64,000 nt of DNA. Origin: a virus. Taxonomy: Duplodnaviria; Heunggongvirae; Uroviricota; Caudoviricetes. The stretch covers positions 24,650-88,649 of the IMG/VR virus record IMGVR_UViG_3300028025_000093. The stretch is one strand, 5' to 3'. The notes under the pieces were generated by a model that did not search any database, was not told the DNA's origin, and saw only the letters and a list, made by a program, of their open reading frames with translations. Numbering within the stretch: position 1 is the stretch's first letter; each line of letters starts with the position of its first letter. Below are positions 44,561 to 55,514 of the stretch, one piece after another. Made by a program: the position numbers and the translations under genes.

Positions 44561-45001
44561 ATGAATTTAATCGAAGGCTTAAAAATGAAAGGCGAACTAA
44601 CTATCGTAGTTCGTGGCGATGATGGATTAGTTAAGAATTCTATCCATGTTCCAAACTTAGTTGTTACTGCTGGTAAGAACTTTATTGCATCACGTATTGT
44701 TGGTACTGCATCTCCAATTATGTCACATATGGCTATTGGTACTGGTACTGCAACTCCAGCTGCTGGTGATACAACTCTAGGTACTGAAGCAGGTCGTGTA
44801 GCTACAACTGGTACAGCTTCAACAAATCAAGTTACATTTACGTCAACATTCCCAGCTGGTACAGGTACTGGTGCTATTACTGAAGCAGGTGTATTTAATG
44901 CAGCTTCTCTTGGTACTCTATTGTGCCGTACTACTTTCCCAGTTGTAAACAAAGCTGCTGGCGACTCTATCGCTATTACTTGGGTTGTTACTGTAAGCTA
45001 A
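44561..45001 (+). CDS. Virion structural protein
   Basis: AGGAG SD; NLVVTAGKNFIA, HMAIGTG, ITEAGVF. Confidence 0.75.
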   Translation: MNLIEGLKMKGELTIVVRGDDGLVKNSIHVPNLVVTAGKNFIASRIVGTASPIMSHMAIGTGTATPAAGDTTLGTEAGRVATTGTASTNQVTFTSTFPAGTGTGAITEAGVFNAASLGTLLCRTTFPVVNKAAGDSIAITWVVTVS

Positions 45002-45021
45002 CCTTTCTATAAAGAGATAGT

Positions 45022-47580
45022 ATGTCTTCTTCATCACTGTTAAAATCAGGATTACATAATTCCATTGCTGAGGGGTTGTTTAGCGAGATTCAAAATCGTA
45101 GTGCTCGCTATTATTATTTTCTAGGCAAAACCTTAGCGTGGAATAATGAATTGCAACCACCATTTCCTATTGACTCATTTGATTACGAATTAAAAACACG
45201 TAATGAAATTATTACAATGAAAGAAATTAAGTCTACAGACGTCGCTTTCATTGTTGATCGTAGAGATTGGACTGCTAATGAAATTTATGATATGTATGAT
45301 GATAAGTACAGCGATGAATTGGACAGTATCGATCTAATCTCTGGTGGGTTTGGTTTTGCTGATCCACCAACAGTTACTATTACTGGTGGTGGAGGCACGG
45401 GAGCAACTGCGGCTGCAACTATTGCCAATGGTGTCATTATCGATATATCATTAACAAATCCAGGTCGTGGGTATACTAATACTCCAACAGTTACTATTAC
45501 TGGTGGTGGTGGCGAAGGTGCTAATGCAGCAGCTATTTTACCCAAAGCATTCTCTGGTGTACAAAGAATGGAAGATGCTAATTTTTATGTGTTGACTGAT
45601 GAGTTCAACGTATATAAATGTTTGGATAACAATAATAACGCTAGATCTACATATAAACCAGTTGGTACAACAGTTGATCCTGTAACTATGCCTGATGGTT
45701 ATATTTGGAAATATTTGTACTCAATTCCTATTGCGTTACGTAATAAGTTTTTTACAGATGCATATATGCCAGTTGTTACTGCCTTACGTAGTCAGTTTTA
45801 TTCAAACGGTAATATACAAAACGTAAGAATCGATAAAGCTGGTAAGGATTATACGTCAGCAAGTATTTCAGTAGTAGGTGATGGTAGTAGAGAAAGTGAC
45901 CCACTATTAATTACAGGAACTAGTATTGCAAATGGTGGTTCTGGATTTACCACTGCAATAGTTAATATCGAGCCACCATTTGCGGGTAACGTATGGACAG
46001 ATAATGTCCAAGTTTTACTTGGACAAAAGTTTTATTACGGACTTAACATATATGAAGTAACTCTTCCAGGAACATTAGCATCACCAGCACCTACTCATAA
46101 ATCAGGTATTGTTTCCAATGGAACTGCTGCACTAAAATATATTGGTACTACAGCAAAAGCAACTGCAACTGTTAGTGGTGGTAGTGTTACCGCAGTTAAT
46201 CTTATTGGTAGTCTGCTTGAAGTTAATATGACCTCAGGTGGTCTTGGTTATACTTCACCCCCAACTATTACGTATACTGGTGGTGGTGGTTCTGGTATTG
46301 TTTCTTCTGCAGTTATGTCTGGAACATCAGTGCAAAAAGTTGTTGTAATGGATTCTGGCGATAACTATACTAGCGTTCCAACAGTACAATTTGGAACTGC
46401 TTGGGCAGCAACAACTGCATATACAGTTGGTCAACAAATATTTGCTTCAAACAGACTTTATACTGTAACTGTTGCAGGAACAACAAGCTCAACAGCACCT
46501 ACTCATACTTCTGGTAGTGCAACAAATGGTACTACGACATTATCATACGTAGGATCTCCAGCTACTGGTACTGCTGTGTTACGTTATGGTGCTGGTTATT
46601 CATCTCTACCAGCTATTACGTTCACTGGTGGTATTGGAGCATCGGCATATTTTAATGGTGTTAAATCTGAAGCAAAACTAATTCCATTATTATCTGGTGG
46701 ACAAGTTGTTGGTGTTCAGATTGACGATGGTGGAGTTGGTTATACTTATGCCAACTTAACAGTTTCTGGAAATGGTACTCAAGCAGAATTAACAGCTGAT
46801 CTTTCTCCAGGTGACGTTTCTACTCTACAAGCTAATACTGAACTACTAACTATTGATGGTCGTATTATGTCTTGTAAAGTTCAATCTGGTGGTTTTGGTT
46901 ATGCTGCTGCTGTAGTTACTATTGAAGGTGATGGTACTGGCGCAACAGCAGAAGCAGTACTTTCTCTCGGACGTATAGTTAAAATTAATATAACTAACTA
47001 CGGACAGAATTATCGTTGGGCACGTGTTACTATTACTGGTAACGGATACGGAGCCAAAGCACGTGCTGTTATCACTCCGTTTGGTGGGCACGGTAAAGAT
47101 TCAATTAATGGTTTATATACAAGATCATTAATGTTTTACACCAACGTATCTAAAGATAAAAATCAAGGGTTTGACGTAAATAATGACTTCCGTCAAATTG
47201 GTATTGTTAAAAACCCAAGAACTTATGGTGGAACAGAAGGTTTAAATTCAGCGTTGGCTTCTACTTGTTTTGTTATCAATGGAAGTATTAATTTGTCACA
47301 GTTTAGCCAAGATATGATTATTCGTTTGTCGACAAATAACACTCGTTATAGAATTGTTAATCTAAACGCAAATTCAGCTTTAGTACAATCTCTAGATAAT
47401 GGTGTTCCAGTCACTGGTGGTGTTATGTCAAATGAAGCATCCCAAACATTCGGTATTAATGGAGTTACTTCTCCAACAGCAGATAAATATTCAGGTGACT
47501 TGTTGTTTATTGATAATAAGCAAGCATTTACCCCAACTGCAGATCAAACAGTTACTTTAAGAACTGTTATTAAATTCTAA
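45022..47580 (+). CDS. 8: Baseplate wedge gp8-like with large beta-rich insertion
   Basis: NVYKCLDNNN, DGYIWKYLY, NDFRQIGIVKNP, SGDLLFIDN. Confidence 0.85.
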   Translation: MSSSSLLKSGLHNSIAEGLFSEIQNRSARYYYFLGKTLAWNNELQPPFPIDSFDYELKTRNEIITMKEIKSTDVAFIVDRRDWTANEIYDMYDDKYSDELDSIDLISGGFGFADPPTVTITGGGGTGATAAATIANGVIIDISLTNPGRGYTNTPTVTITGGGGEGANAAAILPKAFSGVQRMEDANFYVLTDEFNVYKCLDNNNNARSTYKPVGTTVDPVTMPDGYIWKYLYSIPIALRNKFFTDAYMPVVTALRSQFYSNGNIQNVRIDKAGKDYTSASISVVGDGSRESDPLLITGTSIANGGSGFTTAIVNIEPPFAGNVWTDNVQVLLGQKFYYGLNIYEVTLPGTLASPAPTHKSGIVSNGTAALKYIGTTAKATATVSGGSVTAVNLIGSLLEVNMTSGGLGYTSPPTITYTGGGGSGIVSSAVMSGTSVQKVVVMDSGDNYTSVPTVQFGTAWAATTAYTVGQQIFASNRLYTVTVAGTTSSTAPTHTSGSATNGTTTLSYVGSPATGTAVLRYGAGYSSLPAITFTGGIGASAYFNGVKSEAKLIPLLSGGQVVGVQIDDGGVGYTYANLTVSGNGTQAELTADLSPGDVSTLQANTELLTIDGRIMSCKVQSGGFGYAAAVVTIEGDGTGATAEAVLSLGRIVKINITNYGQNYRWARVTITGNGYGAKARAVITPFGGHGKDSINGLYTRSLMFYTNVSKDKNQGFDVNNDFRQIGIVKNPRTYGGTEGLNSALASTCFVINGSINLSQFSQDMIIRLSTNNTRYRIVNLNANSALVQSLDNGVPVTGGVMSNEASQTFGINGVTSPTADKYSGDLLFIDNKQAFTPTADQTVTLRTVIKF

Positions 47581-47620
47581 TAAATAGTAGTAGAAACTTA
47601 ACTAGAATAGAGCAAAAAGA

Positions 47621-50600
47621 ATGATAGATTTTAACACAGAGCCGTATAATGACGATTACAATGAGAATAGTAAATTCTACCGAATCTTATTTCGTCCATC
47701 TTTTGCAGTTCAAGCCAGAGAACTAACTCAATTACAAACCATCCTGCAGAATCAGATTGCTCGTCACGGCAATCATATATTCAAGCAAGGTTCGATGGTT
47801 GTTCCTGGTCAAATCTCAATTGACACAAAGGCTAATTATGTTAAACTGCAACCACTATACAATGGTGTTGCAGTAGAAACATTTATTGATGCGTTGCAAG
47901 GTAAAACTGTTAGGGGTGCAAATCAGCAGCTTACTGCTGAGATTATTAAAGTTGAAAGTCAGCAAGCCACTGAGCCTACTACAATTTACGTTCGTTATAC
48001 TAGTTCTGGTAATAATAGCACTACTAAAGTTTTTGCCAATGAAGAAGTTATCACTACTACAGACGGATTATATTCGTTTCAAGCACAAGCCGTAGATTCT
48101 ACTGGAGTAGGAACAATTGTTTCTATTGAACGTGGTATTTACTATGTCAATAATTTCTTTGTATTGGTTGATGCTCATTCTCTAGTTATCGACAAATATG
48201 GTATTACTCCTTCTTACAGAGTTGGTCTTGCGATAACAGAATCAACTGTTACACCAGAAGATGATGAAACATTATTAGATAATGCTCAAAATAGTTATAA
48301 CTTTGCTGCTCCTGGAGCACATCGCTATTATATCGATTTACAATTAGCCAAACTACCACTTAACTCAGTTACTGATAAAGATTTTATTGAATTATTACGC
48401 ATTGAAGATGGCGTAAACAGAAAAATTGTAAGTCGAACAGAATATTCAATCCTTGAAGAAACTCTTGCTCGTCGTACACATGATGAGTCAGGCGATTATA
48501 CAATTCGCAATTTTAATATTGATGTTCGTGAACATCGTACAAACGATCGTGGTCAGTGGACTCAAAACACAGCATTCTTAATTGGCGACGTAGTATTAAA
48601 TGCAGGTAACCTTTACGTAGCAAAAAATAGCGGAACATCAGTAACAACTGCACCAGTTCATACTACTGGCACTGCATATGATGGTCCAGGTTCTACTGGT
48701 ATTCAGTGGGAATTTACAACAACTCCAGTATATAATCGTGGTATTTTTAAAACTGGTGATGAATCTAAATTAGCAATTGGTTTAGAACCAGGCAAAGCAT
48801 ATGTTCGTGGATATGAGATTGAAAAGATCGCCACTGAATATGTTGCTGTTAACAAAGCACGTGACTTTGTTCAAGCAGATAATGCATTCACATCAGCTGA
48901 AATGGGTGCATTCGTAATTGTAACTAATTTAACAAAGTTGCCTCTACTTACAACCAATCAAGTTGTTACTCTACAAGATAGAATAACAGCAACTCGTGGT
49001 ACCCCAGCTGGAACTGCTATTGGAACTGCTCGTGTTCGTGCCATTGAATATGATAATGGTGTATTAGGAAATACTGCAGCTACTTACAAACTATTCCTTT
49101 ACGATATTCAAATGACTAATGGTAAGTCCTTTGAGCGTAATGTTAAACAAATTGCTGCAGTTTCTTCTGGATTTAGCGCAGATATTAATCCGATTCTCAC
49201 ACCAAAAATTGGTTCTGTAACTGCTGCAGGAACTGGAGTTACAGGTACTGGAACTTCATTCTTAACTGATTTAGTAGTTGGTGATTATATTAGAGTTGGA
49301 ACTACCAACCATTTAGTATCAGCTATTGCATCACAAAATGCTTTAACTCTAGATGCTGCAACACCCCTAACTGTCACTGGTTCTGCGTTTTCTTTAATAG
49401 AAACTAGCATTATAGATGCTGCAAAAGAATCTACTAACTTTAAATTACCTTACCCAACAGTTAAATCTGTAAGAAGTGCTCTTGGTACAAATGATACTAC
49501 GTATACTGTTACAGGTTATTTTACTGGTGTAGTAGCATCAGGTACTTTAACTATTAATGCTTCTTCAGGTACGTTTGCTTCTGGCACAGTTAATGGTAAC
49601 TTTATTGTTGCTAGAAATGACACTGGTGATATTGTACCAGCCACAGTAACTGTTGCAGGATCAAGTGCAACTATCAACGTTGGTGCACCATTAAATGGTG
49701 TAACTTGTATCGTTATTGCAGTTATTAATAAGACTGGTGCTGGTTCTACTGAGAAAAGTAAAACCCATGTTATTGGTGCTACTGCTACTTTCTCCACAGC
49801 AACTGTTGCCACTGCACCAGTACTTTCTCTTGGTAAAGCAGACTGCTGGAAGATTAATAGTATCTTAATGGACACTGGGTCGTTTGCGTCGCCATCTGGA
49901 ACATACAGCATTGATATTAGCGATCGTTACGATTTTGATAATGGACAACGTAGTACTCACTACGATCTAGGTAGACTACTACTTAAAGATACTTACGCTC
50001 CACCATCAGCTCCTGTTAGGGTTACCTTTGAGCATTTCACTCACACTAGTGGTGACTACTGCACAGTTAATTCATACCCAGCAACTATCCCTTATGATTC
50101 TATTCCTACTGAGTTGCGTGATGGATTAGACTTCCGTCCTCGAATTGACGATAATGGTAGCTTCTCTGTGGTAACATTGTTGCCAAAACGTGGTTCTACT
50201 ATTAGTACAGATTTCACTTACTATCTTGCACGAAATGAAAAAATTGCTATAGATATCAGTGGAGAAATTTTTAGTATCTCTGGAACATCTTCATTAAGCC
50301 CAGGAGAGCCAGAAGATCCAGCCACAGGTATGGTTTTATATAAACTACGTCTCGACCCTTATACATTTGATATAAACGATGTTCGTGTTGAGAGTGTTGA
50401 CAATCGCCGTTATACAATGCGTGATATTGGTAAACTAGAAAAGCGTATTGATAACCTTGAGTACTATACTTCTCTTTCTTTATTAGAACAACAAACAGAA
50501 TCTTTAACAATTACAGATAGTTCTGGATTAAATAGATTTAAAAATGGTTTCACTGTAGATAACTTTACTGGTCATAGCGTTGGTCAAGTAAGTTCCCCAG

Positions 50601-53600
50601 ATTATCGTTGCGCAATTGATATGGAGAATGGTGAACTACGCCCATTCTATTCTATGCGTAATGTAAACATGGTTGAGAAAGCATCTACTCCAGCTGCCAG
50701 AGCAGCTGCTTTCTATCAAGAACATTCTGATGTAATTACTTTACCTATTTTAGAAAACGTTGAGTTAGTGAAACAAAACTTCGCTTCTCGTTTAGAAAAT
50801 ATTAATCCGTTTGCAGTATTTACTTTCTTAGGTGATGTTAAGCTAAACCCACAAACTGATGACTGGTTTGAGGTAGATCGTCGCCCAGATATTATCAATA
50901 ATATTGACGGAAACTTTAGCACGATGTCAATCCTAGCTGAAAAAGCTGGTGCTCTTGGAACAGTTTGGAATGCTTGGCAAACTCAGTGGACAGGTGCTCC
51001 TGTTTCACAAGGTCTTTCTGGAGGGTTTGGAAGAGGATTCTGGCAGATAAGAGAAACTTTTGCAACTGAAGTTGGTCAATCTAGAACTGGTATTAAAACT
51101 TCATTGGTTCCTAAAGTAGATCATCAAATTGTTTCAGATCGTGTGTTATCAACTGCAGTAATCCCGTATATTCGTTCTAGAAATATTCTAGTTCAAATCC
51201 GTGGATTAAAACCAAAAACACGTTTCTACCCATTCTTTGATAACGTAGATATTTCTGCTTATTGCACACCAGCTACTAAAATCACTTACACTTCAACTGG
51301 TGTATTTGATACTGATACCAACGTTGGTGGTGTTGCCACTGAAACTGCTCGTCGCATTAATGGCGATACTCAAGTTTGCTTAAATCGTGGTGATTATATC
51401 CGTGGTGTAACTTCTAATGCGACTGCAGTTGTTGTGGGATCAGATCTTAATAAAGTTGATCCATTAAACTCAGCTACTTGGATTAAAACGCTGCACGTTG
51501 TAAACATTATTGGCACTTTCCAAAATGGTGAACAATTCACTGGTTCTGTATCGAATACTGTTGGTCAAATCACTAGCGTAGGAACTATTGCTGCTGCTGG
51601 AAGTAATATTATAACTAACCATAATGGTGATGTCAATTTAATATTCAATATTCCAAATACAGAGTCTGTTCGTTTCCGTACTGGCAGCAGAGAGTTAAAG
51701 TTAGTTGACGTTCCACTCGCTACTGGCGCATTCACTTCCCGTGGTCGTGCTAATTACCGTGCTGAGGGTGTTGTTGAAACTAAACAGTCAACAGTTAATG
51801 CTGTTCGTAATGCTGAGTTGGTTCAAGAAGCAGTTCAAGCTACTCAAACTATTGTTGAGAATTCAACTAATATTGTGGCACAAGGATGGTACGATCCTCT
51901 AGCACAATCATTCTTGATCGACAATAAAGGTGGTGCGTTCTTAACTAAAGTAGACATATTCTTTGCCAGCAAAGACAACAATATTCCAGTTACAATGGAA
52001 ATCCGTGAGTGCGTGAATGGTTATCCTGGAAAACGTGTGTTACCGTTCTCTAGAGTTACTCTAAAGCCAGAGCAAGTTACACTATCAACAAACACTGTTG
52101 ATTTAGATGGCGTAGCTACTCCTTCTTATGACACACCAACTTCTTTCGTATTCCCTGCACCTGTATACGTTCAAGACAAGGGTGAATATGCAATCGTTTT
52201 ACTTTCTGATTGCAACAATTATAAAGTTTGGATTTCTCAGTTGGGTGATCCTGTTCCAGGAACTTCTAGAACTATTTCTGAGCAACCGTATCTTGGTTCA
52301 TTGTTTAAGTCTCAGAATGCTTCGACTTGGACAGCTGACCAAACTCAAGATTTGAAGTTTACCATTTACAAAGCCAAGTTTGATACTTCTGCTGTTGGTA
52401 CAGTTCAGTTTGTGAATGATGTTTTACCATATACTACTCTTGAGCAAGATCCATTCCAGATGACTGCTGGTTCAAATATTGTACGTGTATGGCAAAACAA
52501 TCATGGATTAACTGACAACTCTAAAGTTACTATAACTGGCGTTTCTGGTACACTAAATGGTATCCCAGCAGCTCAGTTAAATGGAACTTGGTTTGTTACA
52601 AATATTGATCTAGACTCGTATACTATTAGCACTACTGCAACAGCTACTGCCACTGGATATTTTGGTGGAAGCACAGTTCGTGCTACTGGTCAAGTTCAGT
52701 TCGATGCGTTCCAACCAGCAGCTCAAATTCAAAGTTTCTCTGAGACTTCTGTTTCGTATGGAATTAAAACTACTTCAGGTAAATCTGTAGATGGTTCTGA
52801 AGCCCCATACGTTCAAGATGTTGGATTCTTGGATTGCTTGGCTAACTCTAATAACTACGTGTATAGCCCTAGAGTTGTAGCTTCCGAGGTTAATGAAAAT
52901 AGCTTTACTGGTGGTAATAAATCGCTGACATTTGCGGTTAATATTTCCTCAACTAATGATTCATTATCTCCTGTTCTAGATACTCAGCGTATGTCTTTAA
53001 CTGCGATCTCGAATAGAATTAACTCGGCTACAAACACAAATACCAATGTAACTCCAGTAGACTTTACAACTGTATTTACTGGCGCAACTGGAGCATTTAG
53101 TTTCTCAGGTTCTACCATTACTTCTAGTGTTACTGCAGTTACAGACTTAATGAAGACTATTGGTATCGGTCACTTTATCCGTATTACTTCTGCTACTACA
53201 GCTGGAAATAACGGACAGTTCTTGGTGACTAACATAGAAAATACTACTGGAAGCACTTGGGTTATTACCGTTTCTGGTGTGACATTTACCAGTGAAGCAG
53301 CTGTTACAGGAACTACTGTAGATTCAATTAACTTATTCACAGATGACATTACTCCAATAGGTTCTTCATCTGCTTCTAAGTATGTTACAAAACCTGTTAA
53401 ACTTACATTACCTTCTACTTTCTTGAAGGTAAGATTTGCTGCAAATATCCCTAGCCAGTCTGATGTTCTAGTATACTACAAGACTTCTCTTGGTTCTACA
53501 GGAACTTTAGATAAGACTAAATATACTCTAGCAAGTCCTGTTTCTGCTCCAACTAAGGTTGAGAATGGAAACGAATCTTTCTACGACGTAGATTATTCAT

Positions 53601-53710
53601 TGACTAACCTAGTACCTTTTGATGCTGTTCAAGTCAAGTTGGTTATGAAGTCAACAAATAGTTCTGCTATCCCAAGAATCAAAGACTTGAGAATTATTGC
53701 TTGCGCATAA
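47621..53710 (+). CDS. Large virion structural protein (DUF4815-like), 2029 aa
   Basis: PYNDDY, QARELTQLQ, ARRTHDESGDY, PGKAYVRGYE, YTMRDIGKLEKRI, DPLAQSF. Confidence 0.85.
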   Translation: MIDFNTEPYNDDYNENSKFYRILFRPSFAVQARELTQLQTILQNQIARHGNHIFKQGSMVVPGQISIDTKANYVKLQPLYNGVAVETFIDALQGKTVRGANQQLTAEIIKVESQQATEPTTIYVRYTSSGNNSTTKVFANEEVITTTDGLYSFQAQAVDSTGVGTIVSIERGIYYVNNFFVLVDAHSLVIDKYGITPSYRVGLAITESTVTPEDDETLLDNAQNSYNFAAPGAHRYYIDLQLAKLPLNSVTDKDFIELLRIEDGVNRKIVSRTEYSILEETLARRTHDESGDYTIRNFNIDVREHRTNDRGQWTQNTAFLIGDVVLNAGNLYVAKNSGTSVTTAPVHTTGTAYDGPGSTGIQWEFTTTPVYNRGIFKTGDESKLAIGLEPGKAYVRGYEIEKIATEYVAVNKARDFVQADNAFTSAEMGAFVIVTNLTKLPLLTTNQVVTLQDRITATRGTPAGTAIGTARVRAIEYDNGVLGNTAATYKLFLYDIQMTNGKSFERNVKQIAAVSSGFSADINPILTPKIGSVTAAGTGVTGTGTSFLTDLVVGDYIRVGTTNHLVSAIASQNALTLDAATPLTVTGSAFSLIETSIIDAAKESTNFKLPYPTVKSVRSALGTNDTTYTVTGYFTGVVASGTLTINASSGTFASGTVNGNFIVARNDTGDIVPATVTVAGSSATINVGAPLNGVTCIVIAVINKTGAGSTEKSKTHVIGATATFSTATVATAPVLSLGKADCWKINSILMDTGSFASPSGTYSIDISDRYDFDNGQRSTHYDLGRLLLKDTYAPPSAPVRVTFEHFTHTSGDYCTVNSYPATIPYDSIPTELRDGLDFRPRIDDNGSFSVVTLLPKRGSTISTDFTYYLARNEKIAIDISGEIFSISGTSSLSPGEPEDPATGMVLYKLRLDPYTFDINDVRVESVDNRRYTMRDIGKLEKRIDNLEYYTSLSLLEQQTESLTITDSSGLNRFKNGFTVDNFTGHSVGQVSSPDYRCAIDMENGELRPFYSMRNVNMVEKASTPAARAAAFYQEHSDVITLPILENVELVKQNFASRLENINPFAVFTFLGDVKLNPQTDDWFEVDRRPDIINNIDGNFSTMSILAEKAGALGTVWNAWQTQWTGAPVSQGLSGGFGRGFWQIRETFATEVGQSRTGIKTSLVPKVDHQIVSDRVLSTAVIPYIRSRNILVQIRGLKPKTRFYPFFDNVDISAYCTPATKITYTSTGVFDTDTNVGGVATETARRINGDTQVCLNRGDYIRGVTSNATAVVVGSDLNKVDPLNSATWIKTLHVVNIIGTFQNGEQFTGSVSNTVGQITSVGTIAAAGSNIITNHNGDVNLIFNIPNTESVRFRTGSRELKLVDVPLATGAFTSRGRANYRAEGVVETKQSTVNAVRNAELVQEAVQATQTIVENSTNIVAQGWYDPLAQSFLIDNKGGAFLTKVDIFFASKDNNIPVTMEIRECVNGYPGKRVLPFSRVTLKPEQVTLSTNTVDLDGVATPSYDTPTSFVFPAPVYVQDKGEYAIVLLSDCNNYKVWISQLGDPVPGTSRTISEQPYLGSLFKSQNASTWTADQTQDLKFTIYKAKFDTSAVGTVQFVNDVLPYTTLEQDPFQMTAGSNIVRVWQNNHGLTDNSKVTITGVSGTLNGIPAAQLNGTWFVTNIDLDSYTISTTATATATGYFGGSTVRATGQVQFDAFQPAAQIQSFSETSVSYGIKTTSGKSVDGSEAPYVQDVGFLDCLANSNNYVYSPRVVASEVNENSFTGGNKSLTFAVNISSTNDSLSPVLDTQRMSLTAISNRINSATNTNTNVTPVDFTTVFTGATGAFSFSGSTITSSVTAVTDLMKTIGIGHFIRITSATTAGNNGQFLVTNIENTTGSTWVITVSGVTFTSEAAVTGTTVDSINLFTDDITPIGSSSASKYVTKPVKLTLPSTFLKVRFAANIPSQSDVLVYYKTSLGSTGTLDKTKYTLASPVSAPTKVENGNESFYDVDYSLTNLVPFDAVQVKLVMKSTNSSAIPRIKDLRIIACA

Positions 53711-53711
53711 T

Positions 53712-53936
53712 ATGAAAATACTAAAAGTTTCTGGTCACGATGACTTAGTTAGAGATACTTCTTCTAATGCCATCGTGAACACTAATATGTCTGCATACGC
53801 TGAGTATGTTAATCGTAGAAACGCTGTTCAAGAAGAAAAAGAAACAATTGCACAGCAGGGCGTAGAAATAAATAATATTAAATCAGAGCTTTCTGATATA
53901 AAGCAAATGCTAAAAACATTATTAAACGCTCGCTGA
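53712..53936 (+). CDS. Small conserved T4-like protein
   Basis: KVSGHDDLVRDTSSNAIVN + coiled coil. Confidence 0.75.
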   Translation: MKILKVSGHDDLVRDTSSNAIVNTNMSAYAEYVNRRNAVQEEKETIAQQGVEINNIKSELSDIKQMLKTLLNAR

Positions 53937-53952
53937 ATCAAAAGGAAAAATA

Positions 53953-55131
53953 ATGGCGACATTAGTCTTAAGAACTACCAAAGGTTCTCCCCTTACTAAC
54001 GTAGAAGTAGATGCTAACTTTACGAACTTAAATGACGAGTTAGCAACTAAACTAAATTCAGCGAGTTACAATGCTGCGGATATCTTAACAAAGATAAAAA
54101 CTGTTGATGGAACAGGATCTGGTTTAGATGCAGACTTTCTTGATGGATTATCTGCGTTAGCTACACTACCTGTACCAACAGATAAAAGTTCTATCGTTGC
54201 ACGTGATGCCACTGGTAATGTCGGCTTAAATGCACTTACTTTGGCTGGAGCACTATTAGGTACTTCTGCCACACTAACAGGTAATTTGTCTGTTGGTAGT
54301 ATTACTATCTCTGGTGGATCTATTCCTGTTACTGTTGGTGGTACTGGTGCCACTAACGCTACTAACGCTAGATTAAATCTAGGTCTGGAAATTGGTGTAA
54401 ATGTCCAAGCATACGACGTTGAACTGGCTGCCATTGCAGAATTAACTTCTGCAGCAGATACTACTCCATATTACACAGGTTCTGGAACTGCTGCCTTAGC
54501 ACCTTATACTGCATTTGCAAGATCATTTGATGCTGCAGCCAATGCTACTGCTGCTCGTTCTGTACTTGGTCTTGTTTTGGGTACAGACGTTCAACCTTAC
54601 GATGCGGACTTAGTAGCACTATCTGGTATCGCTACTAACGGTATTTACGTTAGAACTGGTAACGGAACTTCTGTAACACGTGGCATTACTGGCACTACTG
54701 GTCGCATCGTTGTTACTAATGGAGATGGTATTGACGGTAATCCTACACTGAATACTGGTGAAGACGTACCTTCTCTAGCTGGAAATAATACTTTTGCAGG
54801 ATCGGAGAATACATTTAGTGGTACTGTTTTTGCAAGTTTATTCCAACAATCCTCAGATGCCAGATTGAAAGCAGATGTAAAAACGCTAAATAATGCTGTA
54901 GATGTTGTTAGTAACCTGCGTGGCGTTTCTTATCTAAAAGATGGTAAGAAAGAAATCGGTCTAATTGCCCAAGAAGTCGAAGAGTTTTTACCAGAAGTAG
55001 TTGGTGAAACTGCCGATGGATTTAAGACTGTTGCGTATGCAAACGTGGTAGGACTTTTAATCGAAGCGATTAAAGAACAACAAAACACTATTAAAGAATT
55101 AAATACTCGTTTAGAGAAACTGGAGAAATAA
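53953..55131 (+). CDS. Tail fibre with C-terminal peptidase S74 intramolecular chaperone
   Basis: SGLDADFLDG, GGTGAT, ARLNLGL; SDARLK...IGLIAQEV...LIEAIKE. Confidence 0.85.
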   Translation: MATLVLRTTKGSPLTNVEVDANFTNLNDELATKLNSASYNAADILTKIKTVDGTGSGLDADFLDGLSALATLPVPTDKSSIVARDATGNVGLNALTLAGALLGTSATLTGNLSVGSITISGGSIPVTVGGTGATNATNARLNLGLEIGVNVQAYDVELAAIAELTSAADTTPYYTGSGTAALAPYTAFARSFDAAANATAARSVLGLVLGTDVQPYDADLVALSGIATNGIYVRTGNGTSVTRGITGTTGRIVVTNGDGIDGNPTLNTGEDVPSLAGNNTFAGSENTFSGTVFASLFQQSSDARLKADVKTLNNAVDVVSNLRGVSYLKDGKKEIGLIAQEVEEFLPEVVGETADGFKTVAYANVVGLLIEAIKEQQNTIKELNTRLEKLEK

Positions 55132-55132
55132 T

Positions 55133-55501
55133 ATGCCTGTAGCTGCAACTGGATTTAGAATATCAAACGGCACAGACCTTAATGGTTTATTTTGGACATG
55201 GCAGGGAGACACTGGTAATCGTGGCGTAAACGATGCAAACGGTAACTGCGGATGGGCTTGCGCATGTAATGCGTGTAACTCTGCGTGTAACTGTAACTGC
55301 GGTAACTGCGATGCGGCAGACTTAGCGTTCAACGTACACGTTACTGACTGGCGTTTAAATGTATTCCGTAACACTACATACGCTGATGGTCTACGTCATG
55401 ACTCCCAAGAACAAAGTATGGGTCACTTTAAGTACTTGCGTGTAAACTGTAACTGTAACTGCGCATGTAACTGTAACTGTGCTTGTAACTGTAACTGCTA
55501 A
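55133..55501 (+). CDS. Cys-rich (NC)n protein, 17 Cys in 122 aa; candidate radical-SAM substrate / fibre-tip protein
   Basis: GGAG SD; blocks NCGWACACNACNSACNCNCGNC and NCNCNCACNCNCACNCNC*. Confidence 0.85.
   Translation: MPVAATGFRISNGTDLNGLFWTWQGDTGNRGVNDANGNCGWACACNACNSACNCNCGNCDAADLAFNVHVTDWRLNVFRNTTYADGLRHDSQEQSMGHFKYLRVNCNCNCACNCNCACNCNC
55446..55498 (+). repeat. Coding tandem repeat (AACTGT)n encoding Asn-Cys
   Basis: aactgtaactgtaactgc...aactgtaactgc with synonymous variation. Confidence 0.85.
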
Positions 55502-55514
55502 GGATTAGCCCAAA

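Noticed and set aside
55111-55374. Minus-strand ORF with QLPQLQLHAELHALHAQ repeats
   Set aside because: Antisense read-out of the Asn-Cys codon repeats of the 55133 gene.
55446-55498. (TGTAAC)n as a non-coding microsatellite or DGR variable region
   Set aside because: Synonymous variation (TGT/TGC) preserves the peptide, and no reverse transcriptase or template repeat is in the window.
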